Shown piece after piece: positions 26,101 through 38,854 of a DNA stretch of 64,000 nucleotides (its first letter is position 1; every line of letters begins with the position of its first letter). Source of the DNA: Ylistrum balloti (Eukaryota); the NCBI RefSeq assembly GCF_031769215.1, contig NW_026781907.1:1550001-1614000 (forward strand), in the 5' to 3' direction. Made by a program: the position numbers and the translations under genes. Below the pieces are notes generated by a model. It was not told the origin of the DNA. It worked only from the letters and a program-made list of their open reading frames with translations, and did no database searches.

Positions 26101-29100
26101 CTTTGGACAAACTCGTACTCATAAGCCGTTATAATTTTATGAAACGATAAATGTAAATGAAACGATAGAGTAAAAATTTGGGAGTTTTCCCAGGTTTGGA
26201 GATCTTGATAAATTAGCTAGGTATAAAAATTCTCATTGTTTTTATCCTGTCTGCAGAGAGTGAAAGTCCTACTGTTGGAAGTTGTAAAAGAATCGCTTTC
26301 CTCTTTGATTCCACATTGACAGCATTCCTCATGATGGGGAACCTATCGCCTGTAAGTAGCCTGTATTCTTCTCCCTGGATTTTTTTTTTTTTAAACATTA
26401 TCTGAAATTAGTGTGCTGTTTACTTAATTCAACATATTAATATGACAGAGTATATGAACTAGTATGTATTTGTTTGATCTTTCAGAGAATATTTTAAAAG
26501 ATCTGAGAGAGAACTTTTTTTTAAAGTAAGACATTTCTGTTCTGTGTTATGATTATTTCCTGAGTATTAAAGTCCTTTAAGAGAAGATTGTAGACAGATG
26601 TATGTATGCTGGTATATATTTCAGGGCCTGAAAAGCCATGCAGTGACCATGTTTGAGGTGGGAAAGCTTAGTGACGAATCCCTGGACAGTTTCCTTACAG
26701 AGCTGGAGAAAGTATGTCATGTGATTTTTACATTTATATAATTATTTGATCCTTTTAAATCCTTAATCTAAGTCCATTGTAGACTGTTTACTATGTAGGT
26801 ATATCAAATAAATTTGTTTTATACAATGAAGGAAGTGAAAAATTTAGGAGTCCTTTGGATTTGGAGATGTTGATAAATTAGCTGGATATAAAAATTGCAG
26901 AAGTGAGAACCAATGTCCTGATCAAACGTTTTGTTTCTGTTTCTTATTAATATAATATTCGTGTGGATGATGCCCAGTCATCAATCAGGTTTAGAGCCCC
27001 TGTTAATTTAGAAGGTGTGTTTAGTATTACAGTAAATCGTCAATCATTTTAATAGGTGGGTAGTTTCACCAAATTTTACACATCTTGTCTCTTAATTAGC
27101 CTTGATTTTATGTAACTTCTTTCATGTCTTGTCACATTGTGCTCGCCCAGCTGACACAACTTGATACCCAGTTCTATATCTTAAGCAATCAGTATATGGA
27201 GCTCAGAATGTTAGAATTTGTATTGTCAGCAAGTAACAGTGTTTCACTTCACAGTTTGACAGACAATCATGTCAGGACTATCCACATCTACTACATCAAA
27301 AAGATAATTGTAATACTTGTAGGTATGCTTTGTAAAAACTGATGAGATGTTTTCAATAGATATAAATCTATAGCCATAGGTCTCAGTTCAGACTCCTCAA
27401 AGTGGTAAATCGACAGTAATTTCCTTCAGTACACAAGCAGATAGATGCCTTTTTTGGGCTCTGATTTCTTCATTCCCATATCCAATGTGATGAAGAACAA
27501 AAGGAATATATGGCATTTTTTAACAGTTAGTTACCCTGTAAATGTTTCATAAGATAATGTTATTATACCAGGTAATTGACATGTTTTTACTGTTTTCCAA
27601 ACAAGTCATTGTCTTTGAGGATCGACTGCTTCTGTGCTTTGTTAAGACAATTTTAACATTTTGCTGTTGAATAATTTTGTATAATTTCGTTAGGTTCAAC
27701 AGATAACTCATTTTGTTTACACCATACCCGTACATTTCCCCTTTCACTCTGATACAAAAAGTCAAGTATTAAAAGTTTTGCAATTGTGAGGTTCACAACG
27801 ATATCTAATCGTATAATTTGGTAAAAGTGTTTTTCTAGTCTGCTCAGGAAGAAACACCTTGTGGCTGATATCAGCTGATAATGTTTGTGTGTTAGGTTGG
27901 TTCTGAGGCAGAAGGAGAAGCTAGGAGGTACTTTGTGCATGCCCTGACATTGAGGGACACACTGAAGTTTCTCAGATACAACAAGGACCTGACATTCGAG
28001 AGCGACACAAAAACGGGACTTGCTGTTGATCTGATTCGCTGTGAAAGTCTGTTGGGACTGGACGCTGCAACTAGGGCCAGAGTTCTAAACAGAAACTATG
28101 AGTAAGTGTGATGATCTGTAGTGGTACTGCTAGGGGATTCTCTGTGTTGTACCCAGCCAGAGTTCTTTATAGAAACTATGAGTACCCGGTAAGTATGATA
28201 CTTGGCAGCTGAGGATTCATAGTAGACATCTGAAGGGCGTCGCAGCCATGTTTTGGATTTTTTGGTTTTAGATCACGATGGTTGTATATCAGTCATCAAC
28301 AGTATAAGATTTTAAAAGTTTTTTTTATATATTTTGTATAAAAGTTCAGAGTCAATGTATGAATGTATGGCCATTCAGTGTGATACATATTATTTTGTAC
28401 AGGTTGTTGGTATCCATGGCACCATTAAGCTATGAAATCAAACCTGTGAGCAGTTGTACACCCCAACATATAGGCCCAGCTGTACCTGAGGTAGGTAGAT
28501 TTGATACTCAAATCTGTCACAGTGAGGTACATAGGCTCTCCTTCCACTGTGTCTAATATATAGAAAAAGTTCCAAACAGGCCCTCTAGTGAACTAAACAG
28601 ATATAAGTCACCAGAAAGAAGTGATATGTGACTGTTAGGACATGATTGTGGCACTTTGATTGTTTATTATTGAGGAAACTTTCAGAATAACATGATATGT
28701 GTTTTTATCTACAGGTGAATTCTGTGTGGTTTAAGTTGTTCCTGTATAGCTTAACCAAATGTGGTCCCCCCTCCCTTCTTCTGGTCAAAGGCACAAAACT
28801 ACGCAAGCTACCTACCATATTCCATGTAAGTCGCAGTTCATTTACCTTGATATGACTCTGAGGAGCTTTCCACACAGTCCATTTGTCATGATAACCTACC
28901 CCTGTATTTCTGACCGATGGATCACTTTATCTGTTTGTAGGAGTATGACAAACTCTTGGTGACGACCTGGGGACACGACCCTGCTGTCATCGCCACATCC
29001 AACATCTTGTTAACACTCAATGATGCTCTTAGTCATTCTGCAGTTTTTGTCCAGGTAAATATTATTTTAAAAAAGTTTTTTTTCAGTGAAGTCCGTATTT

Positions 29101-32100
29101 CTGTTCAAACCGTCAGTGATAATATTTTGTTTTTACAAAAACAAGCCATTTACTTGTATTGGAGAAATCAAATTTTCACGAAAATAGATCATAAATATTC
29201 AAACATGGTAAAGTTACACGTCAATATCAGAAAAAACAAGTAATTTTTAGAAGTAATTTTTGTATTTTCATTTGATCTAGATTTGTATGGCTATCATTTT
29301 TCACTGCGTTATTTTGATGTAAGAAGTTTTCGTTGACCTTTTGACACATTAAAGTGATAGGATTTTCATTTCTGTGTATTTTGTATCAACAAATTTAAAC
29401 CTAAAACCTTTAAATATGGTTTGATAATAAAAAAAGTCATCTGAAGTTTGTCAATTTTTGATATGTATATTGCAGGCCCATGGTTGGCAGTCAGAGGGTA
29501 AAACAGTCAACATATCATTTCCTATTGACAAGGCAAAACTAGGTAAAATACAGATATGAAAGTAAACAATACTGTCTTCTGTCTGATCCATTATTAAACG
29601 TGAATGTAAAACTGATTCATAGGTGGAAATATATCATTTTGATTGTGTTCCAAAGTCAAGATGTGTAGTTAAGCAGTTAATATATTAGCAAGTAGTGTTA
29701 TGATTCAATAACACCCATTTACATTTTGTTGGTAAACTGACCTCGCACAGCTTTTTTATTCTATAAATAACATCAGTTTTTGAAAAGAAATGTTTGCAAC
29801 ATGAGATTGGTGAAGTTTTGATAGAGGTGAGCTGGCCCAGTCATGTAGGGAAGATTTAGAAACAACTTAAGCTGTTTTAGTGTCGTTGTAAAAGTAAATG
29901 CCATGTTACCTGAAATACTGTTTCATAGTAGAGAATGCTCCTGAGATTTCCATAGATCAGTTTAATCTGTTTGCTTATGTTTACAAGAGAAACTGTTTTA
30001 TTAGATTTCATCACAAGTTATATCGTACCTGTGGAATTATGGATCATGAGAAAATTTTTTCAGTTATTGGATCTATAAGATAGATACAAGAAAGAAATCT
30101 TAAAAGGATTATTTGTGTTCTTTATTTCAGGACAATCATTTTCCAAGCAGAATTATGAAAGTCATACAGGCATTAAAAATCTATGTGAACATTTAGACCT
30201 AGAACACACTTGTGGTTATATCACTCTGCTGAACACGGGACTGCTTTCCCGCACGGTGTTCCAGGAGGATCCTGATGAGGAAGACTACTTTGAGGAAGCT
30301 AGCAATGGCATTATCTTTAACACCCATCCGTCGGACACAGAATCGGATGGACCACTGAACGGTGTCACAGATAAAAGCTCGGCAGACATGCTGGCTTCGG
30401 AGATTGATTTGTTAGACTCAGAAATGTTCGGTGCTACTGGTGCGGGAGAAAACCTATCTGTCAAAACACTTAAGGAAAACATGACATTAGAACTTGACCT
30501 TGACCGTGACCGTGTTGGTCAGAGTTCAAGGTCATTAGAAGACACAAAAGAAGAGGATTGGGTTATTTTGGAATGCTATTTTGGTATTCCCTTGTTCAGT
30601 TCCAGTCTTAATAAGGATGTGTGTTCAAAAGTCATTGCTGAAGGATTATTTTCAAAGAATAGGTAAATACAAAAAAGAATTGGTGTAAGGTTTGAAGGAT
30701 TCAAAATTTTCAGTTTTCAATATGAAATCGTTTTTTTTCAGATTTCATGGCAGTAAAGGCTTGTGAGCTGATGGCATTATCCATGTTGTCTTGACTTGTT
30801 GTCAACGTTCTGCTTTAACAAGTTTTTTTAAGGAATCCTGAAATTGAGATCTGTAATTAGGAATTTGCTTGCTCAGGTTTTTAACAATACATTTTCTTCA
30901 CCCAATTCTAAGTACCTGGTACCTGTATTATAAGCCATATTCATCAAAGATGGCCACCATGTTTTGGAGAGTGTCAGAATGAGTGCCATGACAACAGGAG
31001 TATACTTACCTTGACAACATGAGTATATCGGTGATTAAACCATAAACTTTATTTAATCAAGAAATGTGTTATTCAGCATTTTTTTAGACAAAAAGTATGA
31101 GCATTAAGTGAGTGTCAAGGTCACAGTGTCAAATGTGTTAGAATCTTCAAGTTGTAACAGACTAAAAATAAATCACAAAATAAATTACAAAGCTTTTAGT
31201 TATGATATCTGACCTGCTGCATACTGGTGTAAGAATAGTGAAATATTTTTACCTTAATTTCCTTTTGACTTGTTGAACACTGGAGTGAAATTGTGAAATA
31301 ACATACCTTGAATCACAGGAGAGTATTTCTGTAGTAAACTTGAAAAAATTTGGGGAGACTTCTTAGAGTTATAAAGAAACAGATTTCATGTATTCAATAG
31401 CTTACCTGCCTGAACGGTTAGCGAGCTGTCCATCTGCCATCAGCTTTTCCCTTCAAACAAAAGGGGAAATATTTGCAAAAAATAGATACATGTATTCTTA
31501 TATTTGAAAATTCAGGTGGTGTACAGAAAATTTCCCTTTTTGATGTATGATTATGATAGTTTTGACCGATGAAAATATCCTTCTATGTGTTCAACCATTT
31601 TTCATGTCAAAGGTATTGTGGAATGTATTAATAGATCTGAGGTTATCTTTTACAGCCTCCAGGAACTGCTACATTCCAGTAGGAAGGTGTCCCTTAGATT
31701 ACTAAACTTTGTCTCCCAGTACCAGGTATGTACACTAAAGTGTAATCTGTTTATTGTAGGGATATTTAAATCTATTGTTAGTATCACTGTATTTAGATAT
31801 ACAGGGGAAATACTGGTAACATAGACAATAAAGATACTGGTGAGATTGACTGTGAGAGATGTTTACAGTGATATTAACTGTGAGAGATGTTTACAGTGAG
31901 ATTGACTGTGAGATATTTACAGTGAGATTGACTGTGAGAGACATTTACAGTGAGATTGACTGTGCGAATGTTTACAGTGAGATTGACTGTGAGATGTTAA
32001 CAGTGAGACTGACTAATAGAGATATTAAAGTGAGTTTGACTGAGAGAGATGTTTACAGTGATATTGACTGTGAGAGACATTTACAGTGAGATTGACTGTG

Positions 32101-34940
32101 CGAATGTTTACAGTGAGATTGACTGTGAGATGTTAACAGTGAGACTGACTAATAGAGATATTAAAGTGAGTTTGACTGAGAGAGATGTTTACAGTGAGAT
32201 TGACTGTGAGAGATGTTTACAGTGAGATTGACCCTGAGAGATGTTTACAGTGAGATTGACTGTGAGATTGACTGTGAGAGACATTTACAGTGAGATTGAC
32301 TGTGAGAGACATTTACAGTGAGATTGACTGAGAGAGATATTTACAGTGAGATTGACTGTGAGAGATGTTTACAGTGAGATTGTCTGTGAGATTGACTGTG
32401 AGAGATATTTACAGTGAGATTGACTGTGAGAGATGTTTACAGTGAGATTGACTGAGAGAGATGTTTACAGTGAGATTGACTGTGAGAGACATTTACAGTG
32501 AGATTGACTGAGAGAGACATTTACAGTGAGATTGACTGTGAGAGACATTTACAGTGAGATTGACTGAGAGAGATATTTACAGTGAGATTGACTGTGAGAG
32601 ATATTTACAGTGAGATTGACTGTGAGAGATGTTTACAGTGAGATTGACTGTGAGAGACATTTACAGTGAGATTGACTGTGAGAGATATTTACAGTGAGAT
32701 TGACTGTGAGAGATGTTTACAGTGAGATTGACTGTGAGAGATGTTTACAGTGAGATTGACTGTGAGATATTTACAGTGAGATTGACTGTGAGAGACATTT
32801 ACAGTCAGGTTGACTGTGAGAGATATTTACAGTGAGATTGACTGTGAGAGATATTTACAGTCAGGTTGACTGTGAGAGATATTTACAGTGAGATTGACTG
32901 TGAGAGATATTTACAGTGAGATTGACTGTGAGAGACATTTACAGTCAGGTTGACTGTGAGAGATATTTACAGTGAGATTGACTGTGAGAGATATTTACAG
33001 TCAGGTTGACTGTGAGAGATATTTACAGTGAGATTGACTGTGAGAGATGTTTACAGTGAGATTGACTCTGAGAGACATTTACAGTGAGATTGACTGTGAG
33101 AGATATTTACAGTGAGATTGACTGTGAGAGATATTTACAGTGAGATTGACTGAGAGAGACATTTACAGTGAGATTGACTGTGAGAGACATTTACAGTGAG
33201 ATTGACTGAGAGAGATATTTACAGTGAGATTGACTGTGAGAGATATTTACAGTGAGATTGACTGTGAGAGATGTTTACAGTGAGATTGACTGTGAGAGAC
33301 ATTTACAGTGAGATTGACTGTGAGAGATATTTACAGTGAGATTGACTGTGAGAGATGTTTACAGTGAGATTGACTGTGAGAGATGTTTACAGTGAGATTG
33401 ACTGTGAGAGATATTTACAGTGAGATTGACTGTGAGAGATATTTACAGTGAGATTGACTGTGAGAGATATTTACAGTGGTTGACTGTGAGAGATATTTAC
33501 AGTGACTGTGAGAGATATTTACAGTGAGATTGACTGTGAGAGATATTTACAGTGAGATTGACTGTGAGAGATATTTACAGTGAGATTGACTGTGAGAGAC
33601 ATTTACAGTGAGATTGACTGTGAGAGATATTTACAGTGAGATTGACTGTGAGAGATATTTACAGTGAGATTGACTGTGAGAGATATTTACAGTGAGATTG
33701 ACTGTGAGAGATGTTTACAGTGAGATTGACTGTGAGAGACATTTACAGTGAGATTGACTGTGAGAGATGTTTACAGTGAGATTGACTGTGAGAGATGTTT
33801 ACAGTGAGATTGACTGTGAGAGATGTTTACAGTGAGATTGACTGTGAGAGATATTTACAGTGAGATTGACTGTGAGAGATGTTTACTGTGAGATTGACTG
33901 TGAGAGATGTTTACAGTGAGATTGACTGTGAGAGATATTTACAGTGAGATTGACTGTGAGAGATATTTACAGTGAGATTGACTGTGAGAGATATTTACAG
34001 TGAGATTGACTGTGAGAGATATTTACAGTGAGATTGACTGTGAGAGATATTTACAGTGAGATTGACTGTGAGAGATATTTACAGTGAGATTGACTGTGAG
34101 AGATGTTTACAGTGAGATTGACTGTGAGAGATGTTTACAGTGAGATTGACTGTGAGAGATATTTACAGTGAGATTGACTGTGAGAGATATTTACAGTGAG
34201 ATTGACTGTGAGAGACATTTACAGTGAGATTGACTGTGAGAGACATTTACAGTGAGATTGACTGTGAGAGATATTTACAGTGAGATTGACTGTGAGAGAT
34301 ATTTACAGTGAGATTGACTGTGAGAGATATTTACAGTGAGATTGACTGTGAGAGATATTTACAGTGAGATTGACTGTGAGAGATATTTACAGTGAGATTG
34401 ACTGTGAGAGATGTTTACAGTGAGATTGACTGTGAGAGATGTTTACAGTGAGATTGACTGTGAGATATTTACAGTGAGATTGAATGTGAGAGACATTTAC
34501 AGTGAGATTGACTGTGAGAGACATTTACAGTGAGATTGACTGTGAGAGACATTTACAGTGAGATTGACTGTGAGAGATATTTACAGTGAGATTGACTGTG
34601 AGAGATGTTTACAGTGAGATTGACTGTGAGATATTTACAGTGAGATTGACTGTGAGATATTTACAGTGAGATTGACTGTGAGAGATATTTACTGTGAGAT
34701 TGACTGTGAGATATTTACAGTGAGATTGACTGTGAGATATTTACAGTCAGATTGACTGTGAGAGATATTTACAGTGAGATTGATAAGAGACTTACTGTTG
34801 TCTTTATTTCTGTTTATCAGGACAGTTCACGTGTTGGGGATTTGAATCAAGATACAGCCCCAGACAAGGAAGAAACCACACCTCTACCAACTGTTAACCT
34901 CCTGTTTCATAACAAAACACTGGAACCATGGATAGGTTGA
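14836..34940 (+). CDS. FAM91A1: FAM91A1 orthologue (~860 aa, 21 coding exons)
   Basis: Exons: 14836-14907, 17054-17138, 17546-17755, 18193-18260, 18839-18955, 19923-20013, 21690-21752, 22172-22278, 22864-22902, 24070-24182, 24681-24808, 26257-26351, 26625-26711, 27896-28101, 28403-28490, 28715-28825, 28941-29054, 29476-29542, 30131-30662, 31656-31725, 34821-34940. All GT-AG, phases consistent, total 2583 nt. Recognised FAM91A1 motifs include [119 protein letters not shown] and [10 protein letters not shown]. Confidence 0.96.
15305..15545 (+). mobile_element. tRNA-derived SINE with V-domain-like core
   Basis: A box tggtgcagtgg, B box ggtttgattcc, core gtgggttttcccc-aagtattctggtttcctccc, and an AT-rich tail ending aataaagtttatattt. 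Confidence 0.72.
17771..17937. mobile_element. 167-bp MITE with 10-bp TIR (cagggctctc...gagagccctg) and 5-bp TSD CATAT
   Basis: Perfect TIRs; CATAT on both sides (17766-17770 and 17938-17942). Confidence 0.78.
18912..19720 (+). repeat. 49/53-bp array of FAM91A1 exon 5 end plus donor (...gtcactgaggatgatgtcagg|gtaggtatcatt), ~15 copies
   Basis: The unit reproduces the codons for [12 protein letters not shown] and the AGG|GTAGGT donor. Confidence 0.93.
19995..21560 (+). repeat. 42-bp array of FAM91A1 exon 6 end plus donor (gactacaaacttgttcacg|gtaaggctagtaacagtattata), ~36 copies, ending in a longer degenerate exon copy
   Basis: The unit encodes [14 protein letters not shown]; this accounts for the ORFs at 19923..20291 (+) and 20261..21484 (-). 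Confidence 0.95.
23285..24037. repeat. 33-bp minisatellite (catacatgtatgtattacagtgacaggctccaa), ~23 copies
   Basis: Tandem array ending ~30 bp before the FAM91A1 exon 10 acceptor; unit contains the palindrome catacatgtatg. Confidence 0.95.
24815..25352. repeat. ~33-bp minisatellite (tatttgtctgtcatcacaactccatcagctgtc)
   Basis: Starts a few nt after the exon 11 donor. Confidence 0.92.
31843..34785. repeat. 28-bp minisatellite (gtgagattgactgtgagagatatttaca), ~105 copies, filling the last FAM91A1 intron
   Basis: Highly homogeneous tandem array ending ~35 bp before the terminal exon. Confidence 0.97.
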
Positions 34941-35089
34941 TCACTGACCAGTAGTTTATAATTTCATCATCTGGAACTGCTTGTTGGAAACCCAATTTCA
35001 CTGAAGTTGAATATATGGCAGTTATTCTGTCTTTAAATCAAATTTATATTGATTGATTGTGATCAATAAGTCCTTGTATTGGTCAACCA

Positions 35090-35520
35090 GACCAGAGCTT
35101 ACAAATGTCTCCAAAAAATTTGACCAAAGCTTACAAATAGGCTCTCCAAGAAATTCGACCAATGCTTGCAAATGTGTCTCAAAGAAATATGGACAAAGCT
35201 TACAAATAGTCTCTCCAAGAGATTTGACCAAAGCTTACAAATAGGCTCTCTAAGAAATTTGACTAAAGCTTACAAATAGGCTCTCCAAGTTTGAACAATG
35301 CTTACAAATGTGTCTCAAAGAAATATGGACAAAGCTTACAAATAAGCTCTCTAAAAATTTGAATAAAGCTTACAAATAGGCTCTCTGAAAATTTGAATAA
35401 ATCTTACAAATAGGCTCTCCAAGAAATTTGAACAATGCTTACAAATAGGCTCTCGAAGAAATTTGACTAAAGCTTACAAATAGGCTCTCTAAAAATTTGA
35501 ATAAATCTTACAAATAGACT
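35090..35520. repeat. ~33-35-bp minisatellite in the probable FAM91A1 3' UTR (caaagcttacaaataggctctccaagaaatttgac)
   Basis: Tandem units start ~150 nt after the stop codon. Confidence 0.85.
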
Positions 35521-38500
35521 GTCGAAGAGATTCTTATTAAGTATTTAGCTAGCAAGCAGTTAAAAAAGGACCAAATGTGAGAAAACACAGAGTGATGTTT
35601 CCTAAATAGGTCTTTTCTTTCAAGTGAATAGCAAAATTGTCAAAGAATTTGTTATAAAACATGGTGATCTTGACATCTGTGATCTCCATTAACTAAATTT
35701 TACATCGCTGTTTTTAATCATTGTCATCATTAAGCGGTCCTGTTCCTTGTCAATCTTAACATCCAGTTGTGTGACAGAACCTATCACCATATGGTTAGTG
35801 AGTAACTTTACCTGGTATGGCATCCATCATCACAACTGAACACTGGCTGCCACTTCAAACCAAGTGTGAAGAAAAACAAAGTTTTGAATTTTTATTTATT
35901 ACTAAAAGTCCTGAAATTTTAATGTTTTCCACAAGATAATTCAATATTTGAATTTATTTAGTATTTTTAATTATATGAATAAATAATTGAAGAATGTTTC
36001 GTCAAAATATAAAAAAAAAACCTCTCTGATTTAGTTTTGTTATCTGCTAACAATAATTATCAGTAATCAGTGTTTTGGATGAAGTGTGATATGTTGGATG
36101 AGCTGTAATATGTTGGATGAAGTGTGATATGTTGGATGAGCTGTAATATGTTGAATGAGTTGTATTATGTTTAATGAACTGTAGAGAAAACACTTCACAT
36201 TAAAAAACCTCAAACCATGTGATTTTGACTTCAGAGATATAAGATACCTGATATTCGGTAAAACTTTTTCATCTTACATAAGACCGCTCTAGTCACATTT
36301 TTTGGTTACACACCCCTGATGGTACATTCCTGTTTACCAAGTGGAGATTAGAAAACCTAGTTAACCATAAGGAAGGTGCAATATGATAATGGATTGTGTC
36401 ATTGTGTCGTTTGTTGGTGAACACAGACTGCCCTCGTTATAGGGACGTATTGTAAATACATGTAATAATTGTATATCATAAGCTGTATCATAAACTATTT
36501 GTTAATAACACATTGCTTTCACCTTTGTTTACACCTGTATTTCCTAAACTGTGATACTTCATGTTCAGTGCTGATTAATTTCTGTATAATATAATGATTA
36601 TACTGGGCTTATATTGTCCACAGGTATCTTTTGTTTTTATTTATCTAATGTTTTAACGTAACTTATAACATGAGGGTGTTAATCAAATTACTCTTAACTT
36701 AATAACAGTATATAATACTTCTAATAAGGACCATTCTCAATACTCTAGGGGTTATGATCACTTTCACTGTCTTCACCCCTGGAACATATAGCAAAATTGA
36801 AGGTTCTATGCACGACACCTTGTGGACAGGACAAAAATGCCGGTGTGATCCTTTGATGTGCATCAAACGAATCTCAAACTCGCATTAATGGTGTACTGTA
36901 ATGGCTTTGAAGTTTGGTGTCGCTGTTTTGTAATCTTCAAAAGGAGCATATCAGCCTTTGATTGGTCATTTTTTTTGCCTGGAACCTATCAAGTTTGCCA
37001 TAACTTGTTTCAGGGGTGCAGAGAGCAGATGTGATCGTAACCGCTAGAGAATTTAGAGGGAATAAGGACAAGAATACAGTACTATGGAACGTGCCTATCA
37101 AGACAATGGAGATAAACCCTAGTGTTAGATCTTTGTACTGATACAATAGAACCATATTAATGGGATATTTTTGCCAAAATAGATATGAAACATTTATGTT
37201 CGAGTGTCAGATGTTATCACTTTGTAAAATGTAGTGTAGTTTTAAGATATAACAGCTGGGGAAAGAGTTTTCCTAGAACTTAATTAAGTAGCATAGAAAT
37301 TGTTTAAGAAAGCTTAAGAAGTATTGTAAAGTCTATGATGAGAAACTGTTTGAAGTGCCTACTGTGTATGCCCTGTGGGAAGTTTATGTGTCTTCGGGGG
37401 ATGATAGGGTTGTGGTAGGACCTAAAAGGTTCAGCATGGTTGTTCAGGTGCTCAATACTCAATTTAGCAAAACTAAAACAACAAACACGGTGGGGATTTG
37501 AAGCAGATTTAAATTCTATAATAGGGATCAACAATTAAAAGTCTTATATAGATGGATAAGTCACTATATACTTATTATAATGGTGCTAATCTCATGTAAC
37601 CTTATGGAAATACTATTAGTTGTTATAAAGCTAGATTTCTTCCCATATTAAAGTAATATCATTATTATTGTTCTGGAAACAGCTTAAACAAATCAATCCT
37701 TATTTCTTGTGGGTAATTTTATCAAGACCTTATAATGTTAGCAATTAATATGCACAGTACATAGATAGTGTGAGATGGTGAAATCTTTTTGTATAAACTA
37801 AACTGTATACAGACTGTCTTTGTGAATGTTAGATTCCTTTTGGGTAGTTGATTATGAAGGCACAATGTGGTGAAATGTAGTTCATATTTCTCCTTAAAGA
37901 AAGCCTTCTACAAGTGCTTAGTTCCTAGCAGAATGAAGAAATTGATATTATAACTAACCTACTGTAGTGGAGGATGGAACTCTTCAGTGTACAAAACGAA
38001 GGTAAGAATCTTGTGTAACAATAAAGGGAGAGAACTGTGGTGCTGATCCTGTTTTAGTGATTCATGACATTATTTATTTAGCTTGACCAGGTATAAAGTG
38101 GTCATATCTAGATATATATCAATGACTATAATTATGGATCTACATTGTCTATATGTAAATCAGACAGAACAGCGCTGATTGCACAGAAGTGTTTCATTAG
38201 AATTTTGTGCAAGACATTTATTCCCAAAATGTGATAAATGTTTGAAAAGTACAGCATATGGTGAAATCTGTGGTTAAAAACATATTGTATAGAGTGGGCT
38301 GGACATGGGGAATTTTAAAACACTAATTTGGTAGATTTTATTAGAACTGTAAAGATATAGGATTGTATATGAAATATATCCTTGTTTGTTTGTATACTCA
38401 CAAAATGAATATATTTAATTATGTTATATGTATGTTGTCACCTTTGAACTTGTGTCTTTCGCTGGTATTGTTATAATGTTGGTTAGTGTATGTCAAATTT

Positions 38501-38854
38501 TGGTCCTTGTAATGAGAGATTTGAAAATATGTAGACGGTATCAAGTTTTGTATGAAAGTCAGTATTTGTTTGTTATGTTGAGAAATAATATGTATTTCTT
38601 CTCTGTTACTTTTTTGTGTGTAGATCTCTTTTCTGTCATCATTTTCTTGTTTTCAAATTCCATACAATAATAACTTAAATTCAAGATGCACTGGTGAACT
38701 TTTTATATCTTAGAATTAGTAGAGAGGAAGAATTACTACAAATAAGAATCAGCTGTGCTCTTCAAGGTTAACTCATGGTCATTTACATTTCACATGAGAC
38801 TGCAAGGTTATCAAAAATCATTCAGGATCTTCAAAGAACACATGGAATTGTCAA

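Noticed and set aside
31843-34785. Recursive splice sites in the 28-bp array (tttacagtgag)
   Set aside because: The motif is AG followed by TGAG, not the AG|GT needed for a ratchet point.
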